NCBI GenBank assembly: GCA_049520075.1
Contig: JBEKQD010000002.1
Span: 34,426-98,425, forward strand
DNA length: 64,000 nucleotides
From: Terracidiphilus sp.
GTDB taxonomy: Bacteria > Acidobacteriota > Terriglobia > Terriglobales > Acidobacteriaceae
Direction of reading: 5' to 3'
The position numbers and the translations under genes were made by a program. The notes beneath the pieces were generated by a model that did no database searches, was not told where the DNA came from, and saw nothing but the letters and a program-made list of their open reading frames with translations. Shown in pieces: positions 8,603 to 18,599 of the stretch. How positions within the stretch are numbered: the first letter of the stretch is position 1; each line of letters opens with the position of its first letter.

Positions 8603-9100
8603 GATTCCTCCGCCTCTCTCGCATGCTCTATATGTGCTCAGACATCCTGCAATTCAATCCCGCTGCCGTGAACACGGATTCTCTTAGCCGCAACTCCGCG
8701 CTGCCGCTTCTTCAAAAAACGGCACACATCTGCATCGTCTTTGTTTTGGAATGACGGGATGGAGAGCGCGACATGGGCTGAACCCTGCACACCTCTGGAC
8801 CGTATCCGGGGATCAGCAGGTGACTAGAAGCCCTCGCCTATTAAGCTCTGCGCACTCAAGTGGAAAACCGGACCCACTCCAACCTGCCACGTAATTCGCA
8901 GAGATTCCACCCCAGAAACCATCCGCAAGGGACATTGGCACTAAGAGGGTGCATCTGGATGTGCGTTGGGTCACATCTGATTGTGATGCTTATACATACG
9001 CACTGGAAGAAAATTCTAGGTCACAGAAATCTACCCCTGTTCCACCCAAATCGCGGTTCACGCGCTTGGATGGTCCACACAGGCTCGTCAGCAGCAGGTC

Positions 9101-12100
9101 CTACTTACGTTTTGGCTTCCGCTTTGCCGGCTTCTGCTTCTTGGCAGGCGGGCGCGGTGCTTGAGTTGCCTTTTTGACTTCGGCAACTGGCTCAACCTCA
9201 AGCACCTTGTCTTCACCGGCGCCTTCATTTCCCGCAGGTCCTAGCAGCAGGTCCACGCGATAGCCGGCTGCTTCAGCAGATGCCAGCGCATCCTTGATGG
9301 TGCGGCTCATCGTCTCCGCCACGGCTCGGCTGGGAGCAGGCTCGCCTGCCATGCGCAGCAACGAGGGCATAATCAGCCACCAGAGCAACTCCTCATAAAG
9401 CTCGCGCACCAGGTAGGTCTGGCCTTCTGCCTCGTGTACCCCAGTCAACCAGCGCACATCTGGATCGAGCCACAGGGCGGGCAAAAGCGCCACTCTGCCA
9501 TCCGCGATCAATGCCGTTTCCGTTAGCTCTTCTTGCGGCTTCCCGGCACCGGCCCCAGTAAGTAACCCGACTTTGACCCGCGCGGCCACGCGCCACGCTT
9601 CCTCGCCCTCAAAGCCCAGCGCCGCGAAAGCCTGGGCAAACGGCTCCCGCAGGCGCAGGCGGTCAAACAGATCCAGCGCCAAGCGCGCCGGGTTCGTCGC
9701 GTCAATCGATTCAGCCAGCAATTCCAGCACGCACCAGCCCAGCACAGGACCCCACATCGCCGTTGCGGTCAATTGCGGGCTGGGGCTGGGCAACATGCGG
9801 CGGGCAGCCACAGTCCATGGAACCGGAAACAGTGCTTCCAGTGCCGGTATGCGCATGGCGGCACGCAGCCGCTCCCTGAAGGCCGCTCTCAGCAATGCTG
9901 GATTGGCAGGCGTCGTGCCGCCGGCATCAGCGCCTTTAAGTACCCGATAAGCCGTCTGCCCCAAACGCAGTAAGCTCTCGCAGCGTGCCCACGCAACCTC
10001 GAAGAACTCCGCTCGCTTCGCCTCAATTTCTGGGTCGGTTCCAGCCGCCAGGGCGCGAGGATGCTCGGCCAAATCAGCGAAGAGCCGCACCAAGCCGGGC
10101 TCCAACTGTGCACGCAGCGCATCGTGTGCCGGTTGCAGCTCCATTTTTACCAGCGCGTCTTCCAGGTTAGCCACGCCCCGGCCGTTGAGCTGGTCCGACA
10201 GTCGATCCCAAGGCTGCTCAGTAGTCGAGTAAAGCTCGCGCCAATCCAAAAAGACATGACACTGGTAAGCGTGCAGGACAAGATTCAATCCGTGCTCTGC
10301 CAAATCCTTTGCCCGCCGCAGGTAGTTCAGCCCAGTCAATGAGTCGCGCCACGTCAGCGTCACTGCGGAATCGTCGCTCAGGCCCAACCCCTCCCTGATT
10401 CTTTGCTGGCGCAGTTGGTTGGCGCCCTTGTCGGCGTAGGCCGCTGAAAAATCAATCGTCCCATGCGTCTCGCCGTAGCGGTTGTTATAGACCACCAGCG
10501 CGCGTTCCTGGCCGCTTCGGTTCGAGTAGGCAAAGACGTTTTCGTCCACTTTGCCCATATCCAGAAAGAAGTCGTACAACCTGAAGTTGCCGCTTTCAGC
10601 AAAGAGCCATCGACGCTCTAACAATGGTGCAATCTCGCGATCATGGCGCTCCACCATCCACGGGTCTGGACTCTCGTCATATCGCGGCCGCTGGTACTCC
10701 ATGCCGTACTTCTCGGTGAATCCTTCGATCTGTCCGTGGCTAAACATGGGCAGCCCCGGCAGCGTGGCCATCATCACGGTCACGCCATAACACTTGTCGC
10801 CTTTGCCAAACTGATCAATCGCCGTGCGCTCGTCCGGATTGCTCATGAAATTGACGTAGCGCTTCATGATGTCCGGGTCGAACTCCACTGTGTTTTTGAT
10901 CACCGAGCGGTACTTGGCGTTATCTTCGTCGCGCAGCATGATCATGAACGCGCTGTTATAGACGCGATGCATGCCCAGAGTACGAACGAAGTAGCCTTCC
11001 ATCATCCAGAAGGCCTCGGCGAGCAGCAGTGTGCCCGGAACTTCCGCAGCCACGCGATCTACCACCTCGCGCCAGAACTCGTGCGGCATGGCCCGGTTGA
11101 AATCGGCCCTGCTCATGCCATATTCGGCGCGTGAAGGAATCGCCCCGCTGTCTCCAGGTGCGGGAAACCAGAGGCGCTGCACATGGCGTTTGGCCAGCGT
11201 CATGGCGGCATCGAAGCGGATGACCGGAAAAAGCCGGGCCACGTGCAGAATGGTTTGAATCACCTGCTCGCGCACTACCGGATTCAGGTAGTCAAGCTGG
11301 GCCGTGTCGTTCCAGGGAAAGCTCGTGCCGTCGTTGCCGTGATAAATGAATCGAGTCTCCCCGCTCTGCCGATCGCGCCGTTGGAAGACCACGGCAGCAT
11401 CCGACTGATTGAAGTAGTGGTCCTCGATTTTTATTTCGACGCGTCCATCGCTGGAGAGATCGGGGCCGTTAAAACTGTAGGAGGGATAGGGAGGTTCGGG
11501 CCGCGAAATAAACCAATCTGGGTGCTCCACAACCCAGGGCGAGTCAATGCCCATATGGTTCGGAACCATGTCGCTGGCCAGACGCAAGCCGTGCCTGTAG
11601 GCCCGGTCGCGCAGGTTGATGTAGCCCGCTTCGCCGCCCAGGTCTTCGGCAATCGCATAGTCAAAGAGCGAATACGCCGAGGCCACTGCATCCGAATTGC
11701 CACAAAGCTGCTTGATGGTTTTCGACGCGCGGCTGCGCTCCCAGACTCCGATCAACCAGAGCGAGTTCAGCCCTCGGTTCGCCAGCTGTGCCAGCTCCTC
11801 GTCTGGTATCTCGTCCAGTTTTGAAATGCTGCGGCCGTATTGCCTGCTCATCTGCGCCAGCCAAACGTATGTGCTTTTGGCAACCAGCACAGCAGTTGGC
11901 ATCCAGGCCATGTCCGGCGAGAACTTCTCGTATTCGTGAAGCTGGTCGCCAAAAACCGGCACTTCAGCGCTGGCGACGATCCCATGCTTTTGACGGCGCT
12001 GCGCCGCGCCCGGAGGGTTGAACTGCGCCCAGATGGCCAGCTCTTCCTCACGCAGAATCTCGCCTGCAATCAGAAGCAATTGCTCCAGGCTATCGCCGAG

Positions 12101-12799
12101 CAGGGGCTTCCATAGCTTTAGGATAAGCGCAAGTTGATCGGCCAGCGAGCGAGGCGCGCCCACCGCAGGCGCCCTCAGCAACTCCAGCAGATTCATCGGC
12201 TTGGCGTTCGGTAGCGGAATCAGCGGGCGCGTAGCGAAGTAGTCAGGCAACTGCTGCGTCACTTGGCGGTAAACGGTCTTTTCTGCCAGGGTCTTTTCTT
12301 CGAAAAGCTCGTCGAAAGGCTGAAAAGCCTCATTGCGGTTTGCCGTCCACAACAGCAGTAGCTCTTCCAGCGCGGCTGCCCGGTGCGATGTTTCACCGCT
12401 TCCCTTCTCCAGCCACTCGCGCGGCGTTTCAATCCCGCGAATGACCGAAATACCGGGGAATTGCCCGACAAAGGCAAGCAGCATTGCATCCAATGCCTCT
12501 GCGCCAACCTTCGCGGAGAAAAACTCCAGGGCGCCGCTCATTACCGCAGGGTCGAACTGCTCACGGTAACGCGCCATCAGAATATGGCTCGCCTCGTCGA
12601 TCAACCCCATTGCATAGAGTTGGCCGGCATGTACCACCTGCTCCGGATGCTTTTCAACGTCGCGAACCTTATTGATGCGATAAGCAAACTCGCGGCATGC
12701 GGCCATATTGGCAAAAACCACGTTTCCCGTGTAGGAAAACAGCGACTCCGCGAACCCGTACCGTTCTCGCGCCTTCCGGGCTATATGGAACTCCATCAT
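9101..12799 (-). CDS. large alpha-amylase-family (GH13-like) protein with lysine-rich C-terminal tail
   Basis: GH13 regions visible: LASDMVPNH (I), VIRFDAAMTLAKR (II, nucleophile D), LLLAEAFW (III, acid/base E), FMSNPDE (IV). ~330-aa N-terminal and ~430-aa C-terminal regions unassigned. Start set at ATG 12799 (GGAG 11 nt upstream); ORF open to 12901. Confidence 0.75.
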   Translation of the reverse strand: MMEFHIARKARERYGFAESLFSYTGNVVFANMAACREFAYRINKVRDVEKHPEQVVHAGQLYAMGLIDEASHILMARYREQFDPAVMSGALEFFSAKVGAEALDAMLLAFVGQFPGISVIRGIETPREWLEKGSGETSHRAAALEELLLLWTANRNEAFQPFDELFEEKTLAEKTVYRQVTQQLPDYFATRPLIPLPNAKPMNLLELLRAPAVGAPRSLADQLALILKLWKPLLGDSLEQLLLIAGEILREEELAIWAQFNPPGAAQRRQKHGIVASAEVPVFGDQLHEYEKFSPDMAWMPTAVLVAKSTYVWLAQMSRQYGRSISKLDEIPDEELAQLANRGLNSLWLIGVWERSRASKTIKQLCGNSDAVASAYSLFDYAIAEDLGGEAGYINLRDRAYRHGLRLASDMVPNHMGIDSPWVVEHPDWFISRPEPPYPSYSFNGPDLSSDGRVEIKIEDHYFNQSDAAVVFQRRDRQSGETRFIYHGNDGTSFPWNDTAQLDYLNPVVREQVIQTILHVARLFPVIRFDAAMTLAKRHVQRLWFPAPGDSGAIPSRAEYGMSRADFNRAMPHEFWREVVDRVAAEVPGTLLLAEAFWMMEGYFVRTLGMHRVYNSAFMIMLRDEDNAKYRSVIKNTVEFDPDIMKRYVNFMSNPDERTAIDQFGKGDKCYGVTVMMATLPGLPMFSHGQIEGFTEKYGMEYQRPRYDESPDPWMVERHDREIAPLLERRWLFAESGNFRLYDFFLDMGKVDENVFAYSNRSGQERALVVYNNRYGETHGTIDFSAAYADKGANQLRQQRIREGLGLSDDSAVTLTWRDSLTGLNYLRRAKDLAEHGLNLVLHAYQCHVFLDWRELYSTTEQPWDRLSDQLNGRGVANLEDALVKMELQPAHDALRAQLEPGLVRLFADLAEHPRALAAGTDPEIEAKRAEFFEVAWARCESLLRLGQTAYRVLKGADAGGTTPANPALLRAAFRERLRAAMRIPALEALFPVPWTVAARRMLPSPSPQLTATAMWGPVLGWCVLELLAESIDATNPARLALDLFDRLRLREPFAQAFAALGFEGEEAWRVAARVKVGLLTGAGAGKPQEELTETALIADGRVALLPALWLDPDVRWLTGVHEAEGQTYLVRELYEELLWWLIMPSLLRMAGEPAPSRAVAETMSRTIKDALASAEAAGYRVDLLLGPAGNEGAGEDKVLEVEPVAEVKKATQAPRPPAKKQKPAKRKPKRK

Positions 12800-12990
12800 A
12801 GGAAACCGTACTCCAAACACTTCCCTGCCGGGTGCGCGAAATGGCGGGTGCCCCATCCCTTCGCGTTCTTTGCGAAAGAGTGGGAAACCACAAAGCTCCA
12901 TGCGGGTACCCTATGCCCCTCGCGCTTCTGCTCTTGCGGACAGGCCGGCAAATCAAACCCAAAGTTAAAGGTACATCAATAAGCTGTCTT

Positions 12991-14124
12991 TTAGTCCAGC
13001 GCCTTGTGGAAACGGAGAATGGCTGCCGAAAGCAAGGCGACGCCGAGGCCGGCCATCGCGGCCATCTGTGGCCAAAGAATCCCCAGTCCTACGCCCTTAA
13101 GATAAGTTCCGCGAATCACTATCAAAAAATAACGCAATGGAATTGCATAGCTCATCACCTGCATCCAATGCGGCATGGTGCTGATAGGAAAGCCAAAACC
13201 GGAGAAAGTGATCGTCGGCATGATGACGAAGAATGCCGTGACCATCGCCTGCTGCTGCGTAGCGGAGACAGTGGAAATCAGCAGCCCTACGCCCAGCATG
13301 CACAGGAGGAAAAGCACTGCGCCCAATGCCAGGACTGCGACGTTCCCGCGAAACGGCACCTGAAACCACAGCGAGCCAACCACGGCAATCAGCGTGACGT
13401 CGAAGATCCCAATCAGAAAGAACGGCAGCGTCTTGCCCAGAATAAATTCCGCCGGTCTGATCGGCGTAACCATGATCTGTTCCAGAGTCCCGATTTCTCG
13501 CTCGCGCACCACGGCAAAAGCGGTCAGCGTCACCACCAGCACAACCGTGAGGCTGCCAATAATTCCCGGCACAAAGAACCAGCGGCTCCTCAAGTCGGGG
13601 TTATACCATGGCCGCGGCGCAAGCTCGACAGACGGCATAACCTCCATCAGTTGCGGCGCGATGCGGCTGATGCGGTCCCTCTGGTATTCCTGCGCAAAGC
13701 CCAGCGCGATCTGCGATATGTAGCCCGAGGCAATCAGTGCGGTATTCGAGTTGGTCGCGTCCACAATCACTTGCAGCGGAGCCGTCTGCCCACTGCGCAG
13801 TTTTTGGGCAAAGCCCGCGTCAATCTCCAACCCGACGGTAGCTTTCCCCGCCTCGATCAGGTCGCCGAGCTGGCGCGGGTCGCTGAGCTGCTGTTGCACG
13901 TCAAAGTAGGGACTTGAGGTGAAGCGCGAGACCAGTTCACGGCTCTCCTGGCTGTGGTCATAGTCAAGGACGACCGTCGGCACATGATGAATTTCATAGG
14001 TTGCCGCGTAGCCGAAAACCATCATCTGGATAATGGGCGGGCCAATAAGGATGAAGCGCGTCCGCTTGTCACGGAAGACTTGGATGAACTCCTTGATCAG
14101 CATTTGCTTCAGCCGCCCCAGCAT
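12991..14124 (-). CDS. ABC-2 type transporter permease (YbhS/YbhR-like)
   Basis: 377 aa from ATG 14124 (AAGGAG 6 nt upstream): MLGRLKQMLIKEFIQVFRDKRTRF. Large periplasmic loop followed by 5 C-terminal TM segments, as in ABC-2 permeases. Confidence 0.85.
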   Translation of the reverse strand: MLGRLKQMLIKEFIQVFRDKRTRFILIGPPIIQMMVFGYAATYEIHHVPTVVLDYDHSQESRELVSRFTSSPYFDVQQQLSDPRQLGDLIEAGKATVGLEIDAGFAQKLRSGQTAPLQVIVDATNSNTALIASGYISQIALGFAQEYQRDRISRIAPQLMEVMPSVELAPRPWYNPDLRSRWFFVPGIIGSLTVVLVVTLTAFAVVREREIGTLEQIMVTPIRPAEFILGKTLPFFLIGIFDVTLIAVVGSLWFQVPFRGNVAVLALGAVLFLLCMLGVGLLISTVSATQQQAMVTAFFVIMPTITFSGFGFPISTMPHWMQVMSYAIPLRYFLIVIRGTYLKGVGLGILWPQMAAMAGLGVALLSAAILRFHKALD

Positions 14125-14234
14125 TCTTTTCTCCTTTGAAATTCCCAAAATCGATCACTTCTGGCCTTGCAGAAAATTATCCCAAGCCAGCGCATAATGA
14201 AAAAATGAACTGCGACCACAGCTTCCAGGCTTTT

Positions 14235-14314
14235 CTATTCCCTATTCCCTATTCCCGCTTTTCGGCTACCCCTCTCCCCCCCCCCTATTTCCTGTGTAAC
14301 TGTGAAACTGTGAA
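14235..14314. repeat. cluster of simple repeats: (CTATTCC)x3, C10 homopolymer, (ACTGTGAA)x2
   Basis: CTATTCC at 14235-14241, 14242-14248 and 14249-14255. Ten consecutive C at 14276-14285. ACTGTGAA at 14299-14306 and 14307-14314. All lie in the spacer between the two permease genes. Confidence 0.9.
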
Positions 14315-14349
14315 GGTTAAGAAAGCTTTGGTTAAGTCGACGTTTTGAA

Positions 14350-14452
14350 AGGGCACGACTTTAGTCGTGCCGTAAGTGCCGCAGAATCAACCTGGCCTTT
14401 AGGCCCTGAGGGAAGGTTTGCCTGATGGAATGGACTTAATCAGACCTTCCTT
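14350..14452. repeat. REP-like structured element (hairpin GGCACGAC-TTTA-GTCGTGCC plus a second imperfect hairpin)
   Basis: Perfect 8-bp stem 14352-14359/14364-14371. Frame translation GHDFSRAVSAAESTWPLGPEGRFA* matches a peptide signature I recall from many spurious ORFs over intergenic repeats in Acidobacteriota. Second hairpin GGAAGGT (14411-14417) / ACCTTCC (14444-14450) with inner CTGAT/ATCAG. Confidence 0.5.
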
Positions 14453-14484
14453 AATCCTCCCTAAGCACACAGTTAAAGCCACCA

Positions 14485-15618
14485 TCAGGACAGCCTTTTG
14501 TGGAAACTGCGCGTAGCCAACACCCCCAGCACCAAAGTAAAGACAGCCAATGGAACCAGGTCCGCATAAAGCAGATGTGCGGCCGTTCCTTTGAGAAAAA
14601 TCTTCTTGAGCACCGAAACGTAGTAGCGCGCCGGAAGAATGCGCGTGATCCATTGCAGCGGAACGGGCATCTGCTCGATCGAAAACAAGAATCCCGACAG
14701 CAGAAACGCCGGGAGAAATGTAATCAGCAGCGCAATCTGACTGGCAGCAAACTGGTTCTTGGCCAGAACCGAGATGAAGAATCCCAGCGAAAGCACCACC
14801 ACCATGAACATGGCCGAGGAAACCATGAGCGTGATCCACGAGCCGCGAAATGGCACATCGAACCAGTAGATAGCAATCAACGCACTTATGAGGGTATCTA
14901 TCATTCCCAGTACAAAGTAAGGCGCCAATTTGCCCAACATGATTTCCATCGCGGTGACAGGCGTCGAAATCAGTTGCTCCATCGTCCCTCGTTCCCACTC
15001 TCGCGCTATGGTAAGCGAGGTGAGAAATGCGCCGATAACCGACATCACCAGCGCCAGCACGCCGGGAATAATGAACGCACTGCTCTCGAGGTCCTCGTTG
15101 TACCAGGTTCGCGTATCCACGCTCATCGTAGCCGGCTGAATTGATAAGCCACGTTGCCGCAACCAGTCGATCTGTACCCCGGCCGCGTAACCCTGAACCA
15201 CCGCCTGTGAGTAGCCGATGAGCACATTAGCTGTGTTGTCATCTGACGCATCCACGAGCGCCTGCACCTCGGCGGGCCGTCCGTCGCGCAGACGCTGAGA
15301 GAAATCCCAGGGAATGACAATTCCCATCTTCGCGTGGCCGTCGTCCAACGCGCGGGTCAACTCGGAATAGCTGCCAAACACGCGCGCAATGTGAAAATAT
15401 TCGCTGGCCTGGAAGTGCTTCAGCAGGTCTTGGCTCTGTTGGCTGCCATCGCGATCAAATACATAGACGGGCAGTCCCTTCAGATCCAAATTGACGCCGT
15501 AGCCGAAAAGCAACACCAGTACAGCAGGCATGATAACGACAATGATGAGGCTGCGCGAGTCGCGCAAAATCTGCACAACCTCTTTCCGCGCGATGGCGAG
15601 CAAGCGAGTCAGACTCAT
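14485..15618 (-). CDS. ABC-2 type transporter permease (YbhR/YbhS-like)
   Basis: 377 aa, MSLTRLLAIARKEVVQILRDSRSL..., same architecture as and paralogous to the 12991-14124 product. 4-nt overlap with the upstream ATPase gene. Confidence 0.85.
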   Translation of the reverse strand: MSLTRLLAIARKEVVQILRDSRSLIIVVIMPAVLVLLFGYGVNLDLKGLPVYVFDRDGSQQSQDLLKHFQASEYFHIARVFGSYSELTRALDDGHAKMGIVIPWDFSQRLRDGRPAEVQALVDASDDNTANVLIGYSQAVVQGYAAGVQIDWLRQRGLSIQPATMSVDTRTWYNEDLESSAFIIPGVLALVMSVIGAFLTSLTIAREWERGTMEQLISTPVTAMEIMLGKLAPYFVLGMIDTLISALIAIYWFDVPFRGSWITLMVSSAMFMVVVLSLGFFISVLAKNQFAASQIALLITFLPAFLLSGFLFSIEQMPVPLQWITRILPARYYVSVLKKIFLKGTAAHLLYADLVPLAVFTLVLGVLATRSFHKRLS

Positions 15619-16571
15619 GGCTTGCGCTCCTCTGCTACTTCACGTCCCGTCGTGAGCGACACAAAAACATCTTCCAGGCTAGGCCGAATCTGCTCCATAC
15701 GGCTCACGACAATGCCTCGTTCTGCAAGGAAGCTCTTGATCTGCTGCGCAACGACAGCAGCATCCTCAACCACCAGATGCAGAGCCTTTCCGAAGACTGC
15801 AGCGTCCATCACGCCCGGCGCTGATTGCAGCGTCTCGACAGCTGCACCAAGCGGCTCGCACTCTACCAAAAGCAGCTCGCCTTTCATCGAATTGTGCTTC
15901 AGTTCCGAAGGCGTTCCCAGCGCCACAATCCGTCCGCGAAAGATCAGCGCAAGACGGTTGCAGTATTCAGCCTCTTCCATATAATGCGTGGTCACAAAGA
16001 CCGTTACTCCCGCCTCCGCCATCTGATGAATCAAATCCCAGAACTGGCGCCGCGTGATGGGATCGACGCCTGAGGTAGGCTCATCGAGAAAGATCACGGG
16101 CGGCCGGTGCAGCACGGCGCAACCGAGCGCCAGCCGCTGCTTCCACCCTCCTGGCAACGTTCCGGTGATCAGATTCTCCTGGCCTTTGAGATTAGCCATC
16201 GAGAGCGCCCATTCAATCCGACTTCCAAGCTCACTGGACGGAACACTATAGAGCCCGGCAAACAATCGGATGTTCTCGATCACTGTCAGATCGTTGTAAA
16301 GGGAGAACTTTTGCGACATATAACCAATGTTCTGGCGCACCGCTTCCGGCTTCTGGCTCACATCGAATCCCGCGACCTCAGCGTGGCCCGATGTGGGTTT
16401 GAGTAAGCCGCACAACATACGAATTGTGGTAGATTTGCCCGCGCCATTTGGCCCTAAGAAACCGAAAACCTCGCCTTTGCGGACTTCGAGGTTGATGCGG
16501 TCCACGGCGACAAACTCTCCGAACCTCTTCACCAGGTTCTCCACGACAACTGAATTGCCGGTCTCAGGCAT
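15615..16571 (-). CDS. ABC transporter ATP-binding protein
   Basis: Walker A GPNGAGKSTT, signature LPGGWKQRL, Walker B VIFLDEPTSGVD, H-loop TTHYM. Start set at ATG 16571 (MPETGNSVVVENLVKRFG), overlapping the upstream stop by 8 nt. ORF open to 16628. Confidence 0.85.
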   Translation of the reverse strand: MPETGNSVVVENLVKRFGEFVAVDRINLEVRKGEVFGFLGPNGAGKSTTIRMLCGLLKPTSGHAEVAGFDVSQKPEAVRQNIGYMSQKFSLYNDLTVIENIRLFAGLYSVPSSELGSRIEWALSMANLKGQENLITGTLPGGWKQRLALGCAVLHRPPVIFLDEPTSGVDPITRRQFWDLIHQMAEAGVTVFVTTHYMEEAEYCNRLALIFRGRIVALGTPSELKHNSMKGELLLVECEPLGAAVETLQSAPGVMDAAVFGKALHLVVEDAAVVAQQIKSFLAERGIVVSRMEQIRPSLEDVFVSLTTGREVAEERKP

Positions 16572-17511
16572 GAGTGGCAACTCCTGCCCCAACCGCATCG
16601 ACAAACAAATCCTCAATAGATGGCTCAACCTGCTGAATTACATCAAAGGAAATCTTGGCTCGCTTAAGCCTTGCCTCAAACTCTGGAATGCGGCGCGCCG
16701 CATCGTCCACCACAACATGCAGTCCATCGCCCGTCAGCAATAGGCTCGATATTCCCTCCGCGCCTTCAAGTTCACTTCGTAGCAGCCGCGGTTCCGGCGC
16801 GGTAATCGACAACACGCCCTTCCCAAACCCGGCCTTGAGATTCGCCGGCGTATCACAGAACAGCACTTTGCCTTGATGAAGCAAGAGAACGCGATGGCAG
16901 CGCTCTGCTTCGTCGAGGTAAGCCGTCGAGGTGAGAATCGCCACGCCTTCCGCGGCCAGTTCGTAGAGAATCCGCCAGAAGTCGCGCCGCGAAACGGGAT
17001 CGACGCCGGTCGTCGGTTCATCGAGCAGAATCACTTTCGGCCGATGTATGAGCGCGCACACCAGGCCGAGCTTCTGTTTCATTCCTCCGGAAAGCTTGCC
17101 TGCCAGTCGCCGGCGAAACTCACTCATGCCCGCGGCCTCCAACAATTGCACCGACCGCGTGGCGCGCTCGGCACTCTTCACGCCAAACAGGTCCGCATAA
17201 AAGCGAATGTTTTCATCCACTGTGAGGTCTTCGTAAAGCCCGAAGCGTTGCGGCATGTAACTCAAGCCGTGCTTGGCGCCCTCCGGATCTCGTGCCACAT
17301 CGAAGCCCGCAACGATAGCTTTGCCCGCGTCCATCGGCATGATCCCCGCCAACATTCGCAGTGTGGTCGTCTTCCCCGCGCCGTCGGGACCGACCAGGCC
17401 AAAAATTTCTCCGGCGTGCACGTCGAAGCTCAGGGCATCGACGGCACGCACGCCCGGAAAGCTTTTCGTCAATCCCTCGGCAAGTATTGCGGATTGGAGC
17501 TCGTCTGTCAT
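16564..17511 (-). CDS. ABC transporter ATP-binding protein
   Basis: Walker A GPDGAGKTTT, signature LSGGMKQKL, Walker B VILLDEPTTGVD. Overlaps the upstream HlyD-like gene by 4 nt. Confidence 0.9.
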   Translation of the reverse strand: MTDELQSAILAEGLTKSFPGVRAVDALSFDVHAGEIFGLVGPDGAGKTTTLRMLAGIMPMDAGKAIVAGFDVARDPEGAKHGLSYMPQRFGLYEDLTVDENIRFYADLFGVKSAERATRSVQLLEAAGMSEFRRRLAGKLSGGMKQKLGLVCALIHRPKVILLDEPTTGVDPVSRRDFWRILYELAAEGVAILTSTAYLDEAERCHRVLLLHQGKVLFCDTPANLKAGFGKGVLSITAPEPRLLRSELEGAEGISSLLLTGDGLHVVVDDAARRIPEFEARLKRAKISFDVIQQVEPSIEDLFVDAVGAGVATHA

Positions 17512-18545
17512 TTTCCCGCCGGAGCCGTTGCGGGTTGACTCGCATTCTGGCCACCAGAAGCCAAATCAATGCGAGCATCGGCAGGCATCCCAGGCTTCAA
17601 TTCACGATTCGGATTGTCGATATCAATTTTGATGCGGTAGACAAGGGTCACTCGTTCCTTGTAAGTCTGCACGCTCTTCGGCGTAAACTCTGCATCCGGC
17701 GAAATAAACGAAATGCGCCCGCGGTATTGCTTGCCGGGATAGGTGTCGGTGGTGACAGTTGCTTCCTGGCCCCAGCGAATGCGTCCCAGATCAGTCTCGG
17801 CAACATAGGCGCGCAGCCAGATATGGTCAAGGTCCGAGAGAGTAACCACCGGGGATCCGGGTGACACCACCTCGCCCAGTTCCGCCTGGCGAACCGCCAC
17901 GACGCCCGCGAAAGGAGCACGCAAGACCGTATAGCTCAGATTCACTTGCGACAGGCCCAGACCTGCGCTAGCCTCGTTAACATTGGCGCGCGCGATGGTG
18001 ATGTCTTCCTTGCGGCTGCCCTCTATAGCTTCGTTGTAACGCTGCTGAGCACCTTTGAAAATCGCCTCGGCTCGCTTCAGCGCGGTTGCGGCCAGATCGT
18101 GTTCCTGCGCCGAAACCTCGTCCTTGGCAAACAGCTTCTGCGCGCGTTCATTGTCAATCTGTTTCTCGTTCAAATCAGCCTCAGCGTCCATCATGGTCTG
18201 CTGCGCCGCTCCCACTTCCTGTTGCCGCGTTCCGGCCACTGTGAGCGCCAGATTCGACTCGCGCACTCTTACCGTGGCTTCATCGACGCTGACGCGCTGC
18301 TTGTAATCGGCATTGTCGAGCCGCGCGAGCAGCGCGCCTTGCTCCACTTGCTGACCCTCCTCGATGGGCAGTTCCACAATTCGTCCCGGCACTTTGAAGC
18401 CCACCAGGCTCTCATGCGCCTCAATGTTGCCCGAGAGCGTAAGCTGATTAACTTGCGCCGGCTTCTTAACCAGTTGCGGATAGTAGTAAATGCCTGCAGC
18501 AACAGCCCCGGCCAACAATATCACAATTGGAATAACTCGCTTCAT
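17508..18545 (-). CDS. HlyD-family periplasmic adaptor (YbhG-like)
   Basis: N-terminal anchor MKRVIPIVILLAGAVAAGIYYY, lipoyl/barrel-sandwich halves flanking a long coiled-coil region, C-terminal beta-barrel (LKPGMPADARI). Confidence 0.85.
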   Translation of the reverse strand: MKRVIPIVILLAGAVAAGIYYYPQLVKKPAQVNQLTLSGNIEAHESLVGFKVPGRIVELPIEEGQQVEQGALLARLDNADYKQRVSVDEATVRVRESNLALTVAGTRQQEVGAAQQTMMDAEADLNEKQIDNERAQKLFAKDEVSAQEHDLAATALKRAEAIFKGAQQRYNEAIEGSRKEDITIARANVNEASAGLGLSQVNLSYTVLRAPFAGVVAVRQAELGEVVSPGSPVVTLSDLDHIWLRAYVAETDLGRIRWGQEATVTTDTYPGKQYRGRISFISPDAEFTPKSVQTYKERVTLVYRIKIDIDNPNRELKPGMPADARIDLASGGQNASQPATAPAGK

Positions 18546-18599
18546 AACTTCAACCCTCGCATCTGCGGCTGTCGATTACGTTCCCGCCGTCAACGCTGT

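Noticed and set aside
8860-9177. 105-aa and 71-aa plus-strand ORFs in the gap upstream of the NuoE-like gene
   Set aside because: There is no RBS. They run into the 3' end of the alpha-amylase-family gene on the other strand, and their composition is atypical. I treat 8603-9100 as a non-coding promoter/regulatory region of unknown content.
12800-12901. 34-codon N-terminal extension of the alpha-amylase-family ORF
   Set aside because: The extension (MELCGFPLFRKEREGMGHPPF...) looks non-protein-like. ATG 12799 has a GGAG at suitable distance. The start remains uncertain.
12832-13917. 361-aa plus-strand ORF
   Set aside because: It lies entirely antisense to the well-supported ABC-2 permease gene and the alpha-amylase 5' region. 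The translation is R/H/Q-rich with no recognisable motif and no RBS. It is a shadow ORF typical of GC-rich DNA.
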